DNA from: a virus
Reading direction: 5' to 3' (one strand)
DNA length: 64,000 nucleotides
IMG/VR virus record: IMGVR_UViG_3300044857_000472
Each line of letters opens with the position of its first letter. The first letter of the stretch is position 1. Shown one piece after another: positions 36,164 to 46,000 of this stretch. The position numbers were made by a program, and so were the translations under genes. The notes below the pieces were generated by a model. The model made no database searches and was not told the origin of the DNA. It worked only from the letters and a program-made list of their open reading frames with translations.

Positions 36164-38953
36164 TTAATCAGTCAATTTGAAGATGATGTGTTTGTTGCTT
36201 GTAAAAGCATCATCTTCTAGTTTATGGTCAATACTATCATCTAAGATAATTAACCCTATTTCTTCACTATCAAAGGAATCATTATGACTAATAATGAAAC
36301 ATTGTTCACTACCAAGCATAGCTAATTGCTTATCTAGCATTTCAAGGAATAATGGTCTTGAACGAGGGTCTAACACCCCATCCAGTTCATCTAAATAAAT
36401 AATATTGAATTTATTATCAGTCAATTCAAAGATACGACTAATAATCCCCATAGATAATGATATCTTAATTAGTGAAGATTCACCTCCACTACATTCGGCT
36501 ACGTCACCAGAGTTAAGAATACCATTTTTATAAATTGGTATATTGAACTCTTTATCGGTTAACTCAAAGTCGATAAAGAATCTACCTTTATGGGCAATAT
36601 GTAGAAAATCATTAGTCTTCTTCTTGATAGGCTCTAAATAACTACCTACAAGGACTAATGGAATACCAGTTTTAACATCTAATGCATCTTTAATTAAAGC
36701 TAATTTATCCTTATTAGCCAAGATAGTTTGTAAACGTTCTTCAAATTCTTCAATGCGCTTAATTTTAACTTTAAGGGCATTAGAGCTATCTGTTTCAGAC
36801 TCAATATTCTCCTGAATGGCTTCTAGATTATCATTGGCATCTTTGATAGCTTCTTTAATATCAAGGATATCGTTAATTTTCTTTTTGAGCTTATCAAGTT
36901 CTTTTTCAATAGGAGCTAATAAAGCTTCCTTATTAGTAATGTCATTGAGAATTTTAATACATTTCTCAATATATTCTTTAGACCTAGATACTAATCTAAT
37001 ACGTTTAGAAAGTTCCTCATACTGAACTCTAGCTTCTTCACAAAGAGGCTGTTCTTTATCTAAAGAATCTTTACTTTGTTTAATAAGGTTATCAATTTCT
37101 TTAATAGATGCTTCTACTTGTGAAAACTGATTGAGTTTATTTTCAGTATTAGCAATATTGGATTCAGCTACTTTATGATTAAATGCTTTTTGTAGAAAAT
37201 CAATACTTTCTTTAAAAGTTTTAACTTCAGCATTAATGTCTTTAGTAACCATTGTAAAAATTAATTCAAGAGCATTCTTATCTGTTTCGGAATACTCTTT
37301 ATATTTTTCATATCCTTGATCACTATTAAGTAAATCCATATTTTCGATAAACGTAGCAAGACGTTTAAGCTCTTTAGTATCAGCTTTAACAAGATTAGTC
37401 TTTTCGACAATATCCTTAAGTTTCTTACGTAGCTTAGTTACTTTTTCTTGCTTAGTATCTTTATTAATATTATCTTTAATGAATTCTACTAATCCACATG
37501 TACCTTTACAAGTACACTTATCAAGGTGTTTGGAAATATGTTTATACTCAATATTTTCACCTTGAGCTTCTTCCAAATCTTTTTCACATACCTCATAGAT
37601 TTTTTCAAGACCTTCTTCCATTCCATCTAATTGAGTAATATGTTTCTCAATTACAGCCAACATACCATTTCTAGTATATTTGCTTTTTGGATGGTCTTTA
37701 AAAATATCGTCGATTAGTAAGCTTTCTACCGACAAAGAAGGTTTATTATTTCTTTGAGAAGCTAGATTGTTTTCTAAGAAGCTTATACCTAATCGATAAT
37801 CATCAATAGTATCCTGAATATCTTGGATGGAAGCATCTTTAGTATACTCTAGAATATCTTCATCATCTGACAGATTTGCTCTATATTCTTCTAAAGTTTC
37901 TCTTAAAGAATCAGTTTCTTCTGTAGATTCAACTTCACTTAGAATCTTTTTCTTCTGAGTTTCTAAGTTCTTGATGTTATCTAAGAGTGATTGACAAGTA
38001 CTTTCTAATTTTGAAAGATTTTTAAATAGATTATTCTTCTCTTCATCATATGATGATAAATTAGTAGTTACCGTATCAAGTAAATCTGTAATTTGAGTTA
38101 AATCATAATCACGTTTAGAAAATGCTTTCTTAGCATTCTCATCCAACTCCTCTAGAGCATCTTGGAGGATTTTAAGTTCTTTTACAAACTTTACTTTCTC
38201 TTTTGTCAATTCAGCGATGCGTTCTTCACTTTCTGACATAGATGATAATTCAGCTTCTAGCTTAGCTACAGAAGCATTAGCAGCTTTAAGCTGTTTATTT
38301 AAACGAGATATATTACCTTCAATTAGATTTAGATTCTTCTCACAATCTTCTTTACTATCTAATCTATCAAGCTCATTGCCAATATATTTAATATCTTTAT
38401 TTAATGCATTTAATTTATCATTAGTATTTTTATATGCAACCAAATACTCATCAACGCTTGGTACAAATTGACCTAAGAATTCTTTACGTTCAGATGCAAT
38501 GAAATCAATAAAACTTAAAGCTTTATCACTAAGCTTTACCAGTTTCATAATATCTTTACTGATACCTAATTCTTGCTCAACTATCTTAACAAAGCTACCA
38601 ACGTTACCAGCTGGATTCAGATCTTCTTTGTTACCTTCAGAGTCAATCTTAGTAATAAAGGATTTATTCTTTTTAGGTGCATAGAAGTGTTTAATTTTAT
38701 AAAGATACTCTCCATTACGAATATCTATTTCTTTTAAACCTTCAGTACCTTCAATGATAATATTCTTACGTTTATCAAAGTTTTCACTGAAAGGAGTTAG
38801 AGCTGATTGAATAACAGTTTTACCTCTACCATTCTCACCTATCAGCATAACTTTCCTGTATGGATTACTAGTGAAATCAATTTCGATTTCTTTAATACCC
38901 ATACCTGAGAAAATACCTTTAAAGTTAACAAGTTTAAGTCTTTCTACTAGCAT
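36164..38953 (-). CDS. sbcC: Rad50/SbcC (T4 gp46-like) SMC ATPase
   Basis: Walker A IGENGRGKT, long coiled coil with central CTCKGTC hook-like motif, signature CSGGE, Walker B IYLDELDGVLD. Confidence 0.9.
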   Translation of the reverse strand: MLVERLKLVNFKGIFSGMGIKEIEIDFTSNPYRKVMLIGENGRGKTVIQSALTPFSENFDKRKNIIIEGTEGLKEIDIRNGEYLYKIKHFYAPKKNKSFITKIDSEGNKEDLNPAGNVGSFVKIVEQELGISKDIMKLVKLSDKALSFIDFIASERKEFLGQFVPSVDEYLVAYKNTNDKLNALNKDIKYIGNELDRLDSKEDCEKNLNLIEGNISRLNKQLKAANASVAKLEAELSSMSESEERIAELTKEKVKFVKELKILQDALEELDENAKKAFSKRDYDLTQITDLLDTVTTNLSSYDEEKNNLFKNLSKLESTCQSLLDNIKNLETQKKKILSEVESTEETDSLRETLEEYRANLSDDEDILEYTKDASIQDIQDTIDDYRLGISFLENNLASQRNNKPSLSVESLLIDDIFKDHPKSKYTRNGMLAVIEKHITQLDGMEEGLEKIYEVCEKDLEEAQGENIEYKHISKHLDKCTCKGTCGLVEFIKDNINKDTKQEKVTKLRKKLKDIVEKTNLVKADTKELKRLATFIENMDLLNSDQGYEKYKEYSETDKNALELIFTMVTKDINAEVKTFKESIDFLQKAFNHKVAESNIANTENKLNQFSQVEASIKEIDNLIKQSKDSLDKEQPLCEEARVQYEELSKRIRLVSRSKEYIEKCIKILNDITNKEALLAPIEKELDKLKKKINDILDIKEAIKDANDNLEAIQENIESETDSSNALKVKIKRIEEFEERLQTILANKDKLALIKDALDVKTGIPLVLVGSYLEPIKKKTNDFLHIAHKGRFFIDFELTDKEFNIPIYKNGILNSGDVAECSGGESSLIKISLSMGIISRIFELTDNKFNIIYLDELDGVLDPRSRPLFLEMLDKQLAMLGSEQCFIISHNDSFDSEEIGLIILDDSIDHKLEDDAFTSNKHIIFKLTD

Positions 38954-38977
38954 CTTATTACCTTTTTAAAATAAAAC

Positions 38978-39004
38978 CCCTAATATACGCCTTGTATATT
39001 AGGG
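38978..39004 (-). terminator. Terminator hairpin
   Basis: CCCTAATATAC-gcctt-GTATATTAGGG after the Nudix stop. Confidence 0.7.
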
Positions 39005-39010
39005 ATCTTT

Positions 39011-39448
39011 TTACTCAATGATTAAACCACGAGATATTGCAATGTCAATCATACTGGTATTGACTGAGTTATATGAACTTCTAGACATTTCTTCTCTGAA
39101 GTTTGCAATGCTCATCCAATATGCTTTATTTTCAGTAGTGTTATAAGAAAGTCTAAATTCTTTACCTACATGACCTACAAAGAATACTACTTCATGTTCA
39201 GAATGATCATTCTTATTGACAAAGATTGTAGTTTCTAACTTAGAAATATTCTTACAATCGATACCAGTTTCTTCTTTCAGTTCTCGAATAGCTGCCATAT
39301 AGTGAGCTAAATCATGATCATCTTCTTTAAAATAATCTGCTTCTTCTACACTACCTCCTGGAAGACCGTAACCTTTTTTACGAGTTTTCACAATAGCAAT
39401 TCGTTTGGTAGCTCTTGATTGAATAATAGTAACCGATGCTCTTTTCAT
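39011..39448 (-). CDS. Nudix hydrolase
   Basis: GLPGGSVEEAD...AAIRELKEETGI (Nudix box with a short insertion). Confidence 0.85.
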   Translation of the reverse strand: MKRASVTIIQSRATKRIAIVKTRKKGYGLPGGSVEEADYFKEDDHDLAHYMAAIRELKEETGIDCKNISKLETTIFVNKNDHSEHEVVFFVGHVGKEFRLSYNTTENKAYWMSIANFREEMSRSSYNSVNTSMIDIAISRGLIIE

Positions 39449-39489
39449 TTTTAATTCCTTTAATTTTAATTCTTTAATATATCTTAGTA

Positions 39490-39499
39490 ATAATATATG
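39490..39499 (-). promoter_or_regulatory. Early-type promoter motif
   Basis: CATATATTAT on minus, upstream of the Nudix gene. Confidence 0.55.
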
Positions 39500-39597
39500 T
39501 ATGAAATTTATACTAAGATAACTTCTTTACACAAAATACTGTTATCTTTTTCTAATTTTTTGTATGTTCCATGAATGTAAATAAGATTAAAAATAAA

Positions 39598-39607
39598 GAT
39601 ATATTAT
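39598..39607 (+). promoter_or_regulatory. Early-type promoter motif
   Basis: GATATATTAT on plus, upstream of 39652 (divergent from the Nudix gene). Confidence 0.6.
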
Positions 39608-39651
39608 AATTTTGATTACTCTTTAATGAGTAAGAATATACTAATTCAAAG

Positions 39652-40989
39652 ATGGAGATTCAAATGAGTTCTTATTCACATCCATTAGTGGCATCAAAGT
39701 TCATGAAACCTTTTTCACGTCCTTTCCATATTAGTGGGAACTCGTTCTTTCAGTTGGGCTGTACTAGTAACAAACGCTGGCAATACTTTTCCATCCATAT
39801 TCCGGTAGAATATATTGATGCGGATAAGCCTTTGGTATCCAATCCAATTATTATGCTACTGACGGATTTTACAGAACGTTTAGAGAACTTTTCTGAGTTC
39901 ACTAAATCACTCTCTCAGATGGGAAATTTTGTAGTAGAATTCGATATTACTAAAGCAACAAGTGGCTTTGTCATGGAGTCGGGTATAATCTCTGATAAAG
40001 TAAAAGAAATCATCAATGATCGTTTCGGTAACGAATTAATTAAAATTACTGATAATTTGATCGATATCATTAATGAACCTGCTAATAAACAGGATGAATC
40101 TATCTCTAAATTAGCTACTGAGTTTGATGAATTCTTGCTGGATATTGGTTTGGAAATTATTTCTTTATCCGAAGAGGAAGACCCTAAGACTGCTTTAGAA
40201 TTAGCTAGTAAAAAAGTAGTAGCTTCTGAATCAATGGATCTTGGTAGGACTACTAATACCGTTCTAGTAAAAGAAGAACGTAACAATGTTTATACCATGA
40301 AATTGATTCATCCTACCTTCCTTGCATTACATATAATGCATGAAGATTATATGGCTAAGTATAATCAGGTTTGTCACTTCTTTGAAGAACTTCTTATTGA
40401 TGTGAAGAAGTACTACGATCAAAAAGAAGCAAAAGACCTTGATTTAGAAATTGCAGTTAAATTTAATGCTAACTATAATTCTATCCGCATTGAATCTATT
40501 GAAGTAAGTAATAAAAATGTAGATTCTCAGGAAACGAATGCATTCAGAATTACTGCATTAAGTAATCTTTTGAATGATTACTTATTAGCTAATCTCAGTA
40601 AGAGTTATTCGTATGTTGAATTTGTTAGTGAATTCAATAAAAATGCGATAACTTTGACTAAAGGGCTTAAAAGCGAAGTAGCTAGAGACGCATTTCGCAA
40701 GATGAGTGTTAAAGTATCATTCGTAAATGGGGTTACTCAATTAACGTTTACTGAAAACGATAATAAAGAGAATTCGGCGGTAGTCACTTTCGCTCCGAAT
40801 ATTTTACCTAATGATCGTTTGGTTAAGCTTTGTAATACAGTAGAAGAAAAAATTAGCTATGGCTTAATTGAGCACTTAGGTATTTCTAAAACTACTGCTT
40901 CAGCCGTCACTCGCTTTATTGAGTCTTCTAGCAATAACATTGATGCAAATTATGCGAAGACTCTGTTACAGTTAATGGCTTTTCACTAA
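39652..40989 (+). CDS. Hypothetical protein (445 aa; start may be 39664)
   Basis: Long ORF; GGAG lies just before the second Met. Confidence 0.75.
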   Translation: MEIQMSSYSHPLVASKFMKPFSRPFHISGNSFFQLGCTSNKRWQYFSIHIPVEYIDADKPLVSNPIIMLLTDFTERLENFSEFTKSLSQMGNFVVEFDITKATSGFVMESGIISDKVKEIINDRFGNELIKITDNLIDIINEPANKQDESISKLATEFDEFLLDIGLEIISLSEEEDPKTALELASKKVVASESMDLGRTTNTVLVKEERNNVYTMKLIHPTFLALHIMHEDYMAKYNQVCHFFEELLIDVKKYYDQKEAKDLDLEIAVKFNANYNSIRIESIEVSNKNVDSQETNAFRITALSNLLNDYLLANLSKSYSYVEFVSEFNKNAITLTKGLKSEVARDAFRKMSVKVSFVNGVTQLTFTENDNKENSAVVTFAPNILPNDRLVKLCNTVEEKISYGLIEHLGISKTTASAVTRFIESSSNNIDANYAKTLLQLMAFH

Positions 40990-41003
40990 GAAGGATTTTT
41001 GTA

Positions 41004-41759
41004 ATGAATGATTATAATTTTAATAAAAAAGCGGTTATCGGCTTTCAGCTAGTTAAAACTATCCTCAATCTTCCAGATGGGGTTAATTTAGTCATTAATT
41101 ATCGTGTTGACGTGTCTAATCAAACAGAGATTAGTCGTACTATGGCGGCTGTTTCTCTTTGGCAGAATTCTTTCCTTGATATGTTTAATAAGGTTAGAAA
41201 CGTAGAGATGCGTACAGCGTTAGGTAATTTATTAGAAGATTTACGTTCAGCTAAATACAATGACCGAGATCCAGTTATTCGCTGTAATGTATTTTCTTCT
41301 CCATCTAATATTACATTTAATTTCCTACCAGACCCTAGCATCACTTGGTCTGGATATGAAACTGCAATGGATAAATTGCTACCTATCCTCAATATTGCTT
41401 CCGTATATACATCAAAACTTCTTCCTGCAGCTAACTGTTACGAAAGTATGGTAAATGAGCTACGACTTAAGTATGGCTCTAAGTTACTTGGCGGGGTAGT
41501 TGAGTACGAAGATAATAAAACTATCTTACGATTCAAAGATGATAATGAAGTGATTCTGAGTGTAAGCTTTGAGGGTAAATTCCCTTCAAAAAATATTATC
41601 GCTATTATGGCTAAACCATTTGTGGAGCTTGACTTTATCAATAAGATTAAACCGACTAACGGTATGATCCTTGATAAAGATTTGGCTAAAGCTGCTGGTC
41701 GTCGTTACAGCAGTCCTACAAAAGACACCTTTATGGAAGTTCTTGAAGGTAAATGGTAA
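41004..41759 (+). CDS. Hypothetical protein (251 aa)
   Basis: AAGGA SD. Confidence 0.75.
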   Translation: MNDYNFNKKAVIGFQLVKTILNLPDGVNLVINYRVDVSNQTEISRTMAAVSLWQNSFLDMFNKVRNVEMRTALGNLLEDLRSAKYNDRDPVIRCNVFSSPSNITFNFLPDPSITWSGYETAMDKLLPILNIASVYTSKLLPAANCYESMVNELRLKYGSKLLGGVVEYEDNKTILRFKDDNEVILSVSFEGKFPSKNIIAIMAKPFVELDFINKIKPTNGMILDKDLAKAAGRRYSSPTKDTFMEVLEGKW

Positions 41760-41765
41760 TAGCTT

Positions 41766-41781
41766 GGGACAAGGAAGTCCC
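41766..41781 (+). terminator. Weak hairpin after the stop codon
   Basis: GGGAC-aaggaa-GTCCC. Confidence 0.35.
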
Positions 41782-41802
41782 TTAATAATAGGATAATAAT
41801 AA

Positions 41803-42450
41803 ATGTTGATTCAAGATTCTGAAAAACGTATTTCTATTGAAGTACCCAATATGAATTTGGAAACAGATGATCGAGTAAAATTAATGGATTTTATCCATAT
41901 TCTCGAAATGTCATCCATTCCTACTATCTTTAAATACTTCAAACTTCCAGGAGTATTAAAGATTAATAAGAATAATTTCGCCGTTGATCTTGAAGATTCA
42001 CCTAATGATAAATATAATCTCTTACATTCAGTTGTAAAAGTTTATAAAGAGATTTGGATTCTCTTTTTAAAATACACTAATGATGAAATTGACATGGATA
42101 CATTAACTAGTGATATTTTCCCTATAGTTAATAGTATCTATAATAATATCGATATTCATGTTGATGTGCGCACTGGAAAAGACGACCCTACGGTCGATTT
42201 AGATTTCTATGCAAATAAAGAATTGGTTGCACGAATTGTTGATGTAACGAATCCTTTCTTAAAGACTTTTGAACAGTTTACTGATAAAGTGAACCTGTTT
42301 CAACTGATAAAAATTATAGACAAAAAACTTAATGACGATAATAGTTTACTCAATCGTCAGCGCCGTTGTATAATGTTTGCTGATATACAACAAGAATATG
42401 TAGCATTACTTTCTTTAATTAATGAAACTAAGGAGCTTTCGCATGAATAA
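41803..42450 (+). CDS. Hypothetical protein (215 aa)
   Basis: AGGA SD. Confidence 0.7.
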   Translation: MLIQDSEKRISIEVPNMNLETDDRVKLMDFIHILEMSSIPTIFKYFKLPGVLKINKNNFAVDLEDSPNDKYNLLHSVVKVYKEIWILFLKYTNDEIDMDTLTSDIFPIVNSIYNNIDIHVDVRTGKDDPTVDLDFYANKELVARIVDVTNPFLKTFEQFTDKVNLFQLIKIIDKKLNDDNSLLNRQRRCIMFADIQQEYVALLSLINETKELSHE

Positions 42451-43006
42451 AGTATTGGTGATTTGTGGTGTTTCCGGTAGTGGTAAATCTACTTTAGAAA
42501 GCAACCTAATTTCAACACGCCCTGAACTATTTCATAAATGGCCTCAAGTAACTACTCGTCCTAAACGCCCTAATGAATCATTTGGTAATCCGTATCTCTT
42601 CTTGCAAGAAGATACTTATGATCATATCGAAGAAAAGCTAGTAGGCCGCTTAGGTAATAAACCGGATTCCCACTTCCAGTACAAATATGGATCATTCCCA
42701 GATTTCGTATCCGGTAAAGTTAGTACTGTCATTCTGGCTAAAGAAGCTATCGAAGACCTTCTGGAAACTGCTGAATGTTGGCGTGGTACTAATTTAGAGA
42801 TTGAAGTATTTATTGTAGGTATCGATATTGGTATTGATGAAATCCCTGAATCGGCTCGTCGTGAAGGGCGCAATGATGAGTTCCTAGCTCATGAAAGAAC
42901 TGTATTCCGTTACGCTAATCATGTTTTTAAAGTAGCTAATGGCGATTACATTTCAGTAGATCAAGTAGTAGATTTACTGAATGAGAATAAATTTATCGAG
43001 GCATAG
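42443..43006 (+). CDS. gmk: Guanylate kinase-like nucleoside monophosphate kinase
   Basis: VLVICGVSGSGKSTL P-loop, QVTTRPKRPNE, YLFL; AAGGAG SD before ATG 42443. Confidence 0.8.
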   Translation: MNKVLVICGVSGSGKSTLESNLISTRPELFHKWPQVTTRPKRPNESFGNPYLFLQEDTYDHIEEKLVGRLGNKPDSHFQYKYGSFPDFVSGKVSTVILAKEAIEDLLETAECWRGTNLEIEVFIVGIDIGIDEIPESARREGRNDEFLAHERTVFRYANHVFKVANGDYISVDQVVDLLNENKFIEA

Positions 43007-43007
43007 T

Positions 43008-43280
43008 ATGTCACGAAGTATTAATCTTCCAGAAAATATTCCAGTTAAAACTATCTTCAATAAAATTGATGACTGTTTTCAACAAGTTAGTCAATGGGAA
43101 AAAATGGGCGCTTATGATCTCTGTACAGAGTACAAATCTAAAGCCGTCGTACTTATTGAATTATTAGAGGTAGCTCATTGTGGATCCTCTGGTGGGGTAC
43201 AAACTAATTTCCCTAAAGGTCGTGATGGATTAAAGAAACGTCGGGATTATCTCTACGAAGTTTTAGTAAAAAAGGAATAA
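43008..43280 (+). CDS. Hypothetical protein (about 90 aa)
   Basis: GAGG SD before ATG 43008. Confidence 0.6.
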   Translation: MSRSINLPENIPVKTIFNKIDDCFQQVSQWEKMGAYDLCTEYKSKAVVLIELLEVAHCGSSGGVQTNFPKGRDGLKKRRDYLYEVLVKKE

Positions 43281-43287
43281 GAGTAAA

Positions 43288-44178
43288 ATGCAATACTTGG
43301 GAAGAGACATAGATAAACATACAGAGATTGAATATCATTGTATTGATCTAGCATTAGCTTTCTTCTCGGCACCTAGTAAAAATCGTAATATTCGTAATAA
43401 GCATCTTAAAAAATGTATCGAATATAAAATTAAGAAATATCGTCCAAAAGGATTGGTTAGGGATTATCTAGATTTCCTATATCGTCATAACTCACCCTTC
43501 CAATTAGTCGCCGAGGTCATAAGAATTTCATACGAGCAGCCTCAAACCGTAGCAGAATTCTTTGATAAAATAAAATTTGACACTGAAGTAGTCGAAAAGT
43601 TTAAGGAATGTAAAATGACTAAAGATCAACCTAATAATAAATCCCTTATGACTAACCCATTGCTGTGGGAAAATTCGCATCCTATTCCTGTAGTAACTCC
43701 TCTTTTTAATATCAATGAAGGTAATTTGATCACTGATGTTAATAATCGTGGATGTGGTATTGTATTCCTTCAAGAGCCAGTACAACGTCGCACCATTATC
43801 CTCTCAAATATCGGTGAGTTTATTAGTGTTCCGAATGATACTAATTATGTTGATAGCAAAATTGGTGTCTCAGTTCGCTATGATATTCTGACTGAAAAAG
43901 AGAATATCTCTTATGGAGCGCTTATTCATGCTGAGAACCTCCAAATTGGTATGAGATTCTGTTTTGACAAAGCTCCCGATCTCTATTTCGTAGTAATCCA
44001 GTCTTATACGGCTGGTAACGGAATTAACTACATTGTAGAATGTCTGAATAATACAGTTGAAGGTGAAACCACTACTAAGTTGGTTAACCGAATTCTGAAA
44101 GGTCAGAAATTCGCAGATGCAGAACTTCGGGTTATTAACAACCTGCAATTTAATTTGGTTGTAGTAAACCGAGATTAA
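43288..44178 (+). CDS. Hypothetical protein (296 aa)
   Basis: Long ORF ending at a hairpin. Confidence 0.7.
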   Translation: MQYLGRDIDKHTEIEYHCIDLALAFFSAPSKNRNIRNKHLKKCIEYKIKKYRPKGLVRDYLDFLYRHNSPFQLVAEVIRISYEQPQTVAEFFDKIKFDTEVVEKFKECKMTKDQPNNKSLMTNPLLWENSHPIPVVTPLFNINEGNLITDVNNRGCGIVFLQEPVQRRTIILSNIGEFISVPNDTNYVDSKIGVSVRYDILTEKENISYGALIHAENLQIGMRFCFDKAPDLYFVVIQSYTAGNGINYIVECLNNTVEGETTTKLVNRILKGQKFADAELRVINNLQFNLVVVNRD

Positions 44179-44185
44179 TAAAATC

Positions 44186-44213
44186 CCCCTTATAGGCAAT
44201 AGTCTATAAGGGG
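44186..44213 (+). terminator. Terminator hairpin
   Basis: CCCCTTATAG / CTATAAGGGG followed by a T-tract. Confidence 0.7.
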
Positions 44214-44234
44214 TTTATTTTTTTAGGAAAGAAA

Positions 44235-44531
44235 ATGAAAATAGAAAGAACTGATTATGCTTATGCATTTACGGCTTCTGAATTTCTTAGAAAGATGCAT
44301 ATCTGTCAATTATTGGCAGAACTAACTATAATGAAATCTTCAGTTTTCCCATTAGTAAAAAGAGTGTCTAATATAGATCATTATTCAAGATTAAATATAA
44401 TTACTTCTATACGAAATGCTATCGCTCATGAAGATTGGTTGTCTTGTATAGAAATATATACTCAATTTGATCCATATGATACATGGTCTGATGAAGGCTA
44501 CTTTAGGGTGTTGACACTAAAATGTTTATAA
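44235..44531 (+). CDS. MKI-start small protein with HEPN-like RNAIAH motif
   Basis: Starts MKIERT; contains SIRNAIAHE (R-N-x3-H). Confidence 0.55.
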   Translation: MKIERTDYAYAFTASEFLRKMHICQLLAELTIMKSSVFPLVKRVSNIDHYSRLNIITSIRNAIAHEDWLSCIEIYTQFDPYDTWSDEGYFRVLTLKCL

Positions 44532-44932
44532 TGAAAATTGATATTTCTAAACCGTATGCAATAAGTCATCCTTCCCCTACTATGGAGACAGTAATTGAAA
44601 ATTTCTTTTATGTATTAAACTTTTATCATTTAATAAATATTTTTTATGATACCGTGGATACTGATAAAGGTGCTAGTAATTTTATAAATCAAGGTATGTG
44701 GAATATTTTACTTCTTAAAAAAGATTTCATCTATCCTATCCAAAGTATGGATGTAATACAACACTGTATGATGATTAAAAGTTCTAGTATATATCAGATA
44801 GTGCATTCCTTTTCAAGAAATTTCAATCCTTCTAATAAAATTTATCTTAAAAACAAGAATATAAATAGAATTTTAATGAGAATTAATTATGAAGATATTC
44901 AAAATAAATGGAGCTTTCGTCAAAATACCTGA
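44531..44932 (+). CDS. MKI-start small hypothetical protein
   Basis: ATG 44531 overlaps the upstream TAA; starts MKIDISK. Confidence 0.6.
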   Translation: MKIDISKPYAISHPSPTMETVIENFFYVLNFYHLINIFYDTVDTDKGASNFINQGMWNILLLKKDFIYPIQSMDVIQHCMMIKSSSIYQIVHSFSRNFNPSNKIYLKNKNINRILMRINYEDIQNKWSFRQNT

Positions 44933-45293
44933 TAAATCATATATAACTTATATAGATTTCATAGCTGACACTTTTAGAGATTATTTAGATTTCTTATTTT
45001 TACTGGCAGAGTATAATGAACCTTCTGGAAGCCGATATAGGTTAGATATAAATTTAGCGCTTGAGAACTTTATAACCATAGGTCAAGACAATAAATTAGA
45101 TGAAATGATTCAAAATGATGAATTTAGTAATCGTAGAAATATATTTATTTTACCTTGGTTTGTAGGTGCTCAGTTCTATTCAGATACTTTATATATTATA
45201 AAAGAACCTAATAGTCACGGCGATCTCAAACTTGCTAGAGTTAATATATTTAATTCAAGAGAAGTATTAGCTAAAGAGGTCGTAATATGGTAA
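44889..45293 (+). CDS. MKI-start small hypothetical protein
   Basis: Starts MKIFKI; overlaps both neighbours. Confidence 0.6.
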   Translation: MKIFKINGAFVKIPDKSYITYIDFIADTFRDYLDFLFLLAEYNEPSGSRYRLDINLALENFITIGQDNKLDEMIQNDEFSNRRNIFILPWFVGAQFYSDTLYIIKEPNSHGDLKLARVNIFNSREVLAKEVVIW

Positions 45294-45637
45294 TATTTAG
45301 CCTATCTAAAGAAGCTCTAAACTCTCATGAACCATTTGATGAAGTAATAAGTGATTTGCTTATTGAATATATAGAACATAAAATGTCTGTTTTAACCCAT
45401 AAGGGTGAAAAGATTTACAATGCAGCATTAGATGAATTTATAGAAAATCATTACTCTCAAGGTATAGATAATTTTTTAAATCAAAAACAATCATACCCCT
45501 TTTATATAATTGGTAGTGATTCACAAGTAGTATTTAACTTTATAGTAGAATACTTAGATTCTAGAATAGTATATGGTACTTTAGATTTACACGAATCTTT
45601 TGATTGCTTTGGGAGAAAAGGTAAATGGTTAGAATAA
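45287..45637 (+). CDS. Small hypothetical protein (116 aa)
   Basis: GAGG SD; overlaps both neighbours. Confidence 0.6.
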   Translation: MVIFSLSKEALNSHEPFDEVISDLLIEYIEHKMSVLTHKGEKIYNAALDEFIENHYSQGIDNFLNQKQSYPFYIIGSDSQVVFNFIVEYLDSRIVYGTLDLHESFDCFGRKGKWLE

Positions 45638-45972
45638 AATACCCTATTAGAGAATATCGCAAATTATATAATGGTAAAAAGATTTATTGGTTCACCAGTA
45701 ACTACTTCTGGTTATGTGATTATGATAATAAAGAAAATTTAGACATAGTAACCAATCCAGTAACCATTTATTCATTAGACTCCGATGATGATTATTTAAC
45801 CGATAGCGATACCTATCCAGATTTCTTTGCAAGAGAAGAAAAAGTTGATTTATTCTTCTTAACTAATTTAAACTATGGAAGACATTCAGAAGAAAGTGTC
45901 TGTTTCGATGAACTGATTGTTAATTATGAAATAAAAGATAAAAGATTTTTAGACGCAGTAACAATTAGATAG
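45625..45972 (+). CDS. Small hypothetical protein (115 aa)
   Basis: AAAGG SD; overlaps the upstream ORF. Confidence 0.6.
   Translation: MVRIKYPIREYRKLYNGKKIYWFTSNYFWLCDYDNKENLDIVTNPVTIYSLDSDDDYLTDSDTYPDFFAREEKVDLFFLTNLNYGRHSEESVCFDELIVNYEIKDKRFLDAVTIR
45960..45972 (+). promoter_or_regulatory. Late-type promoter AACA-N6-TAG
   Basis: AACA-ATTAGA-TAG upstream of phoH. Confidence 0.55.
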
Positions 45973-46000
45973 TTATTTGTTTCATAAAAGGTATATACCT

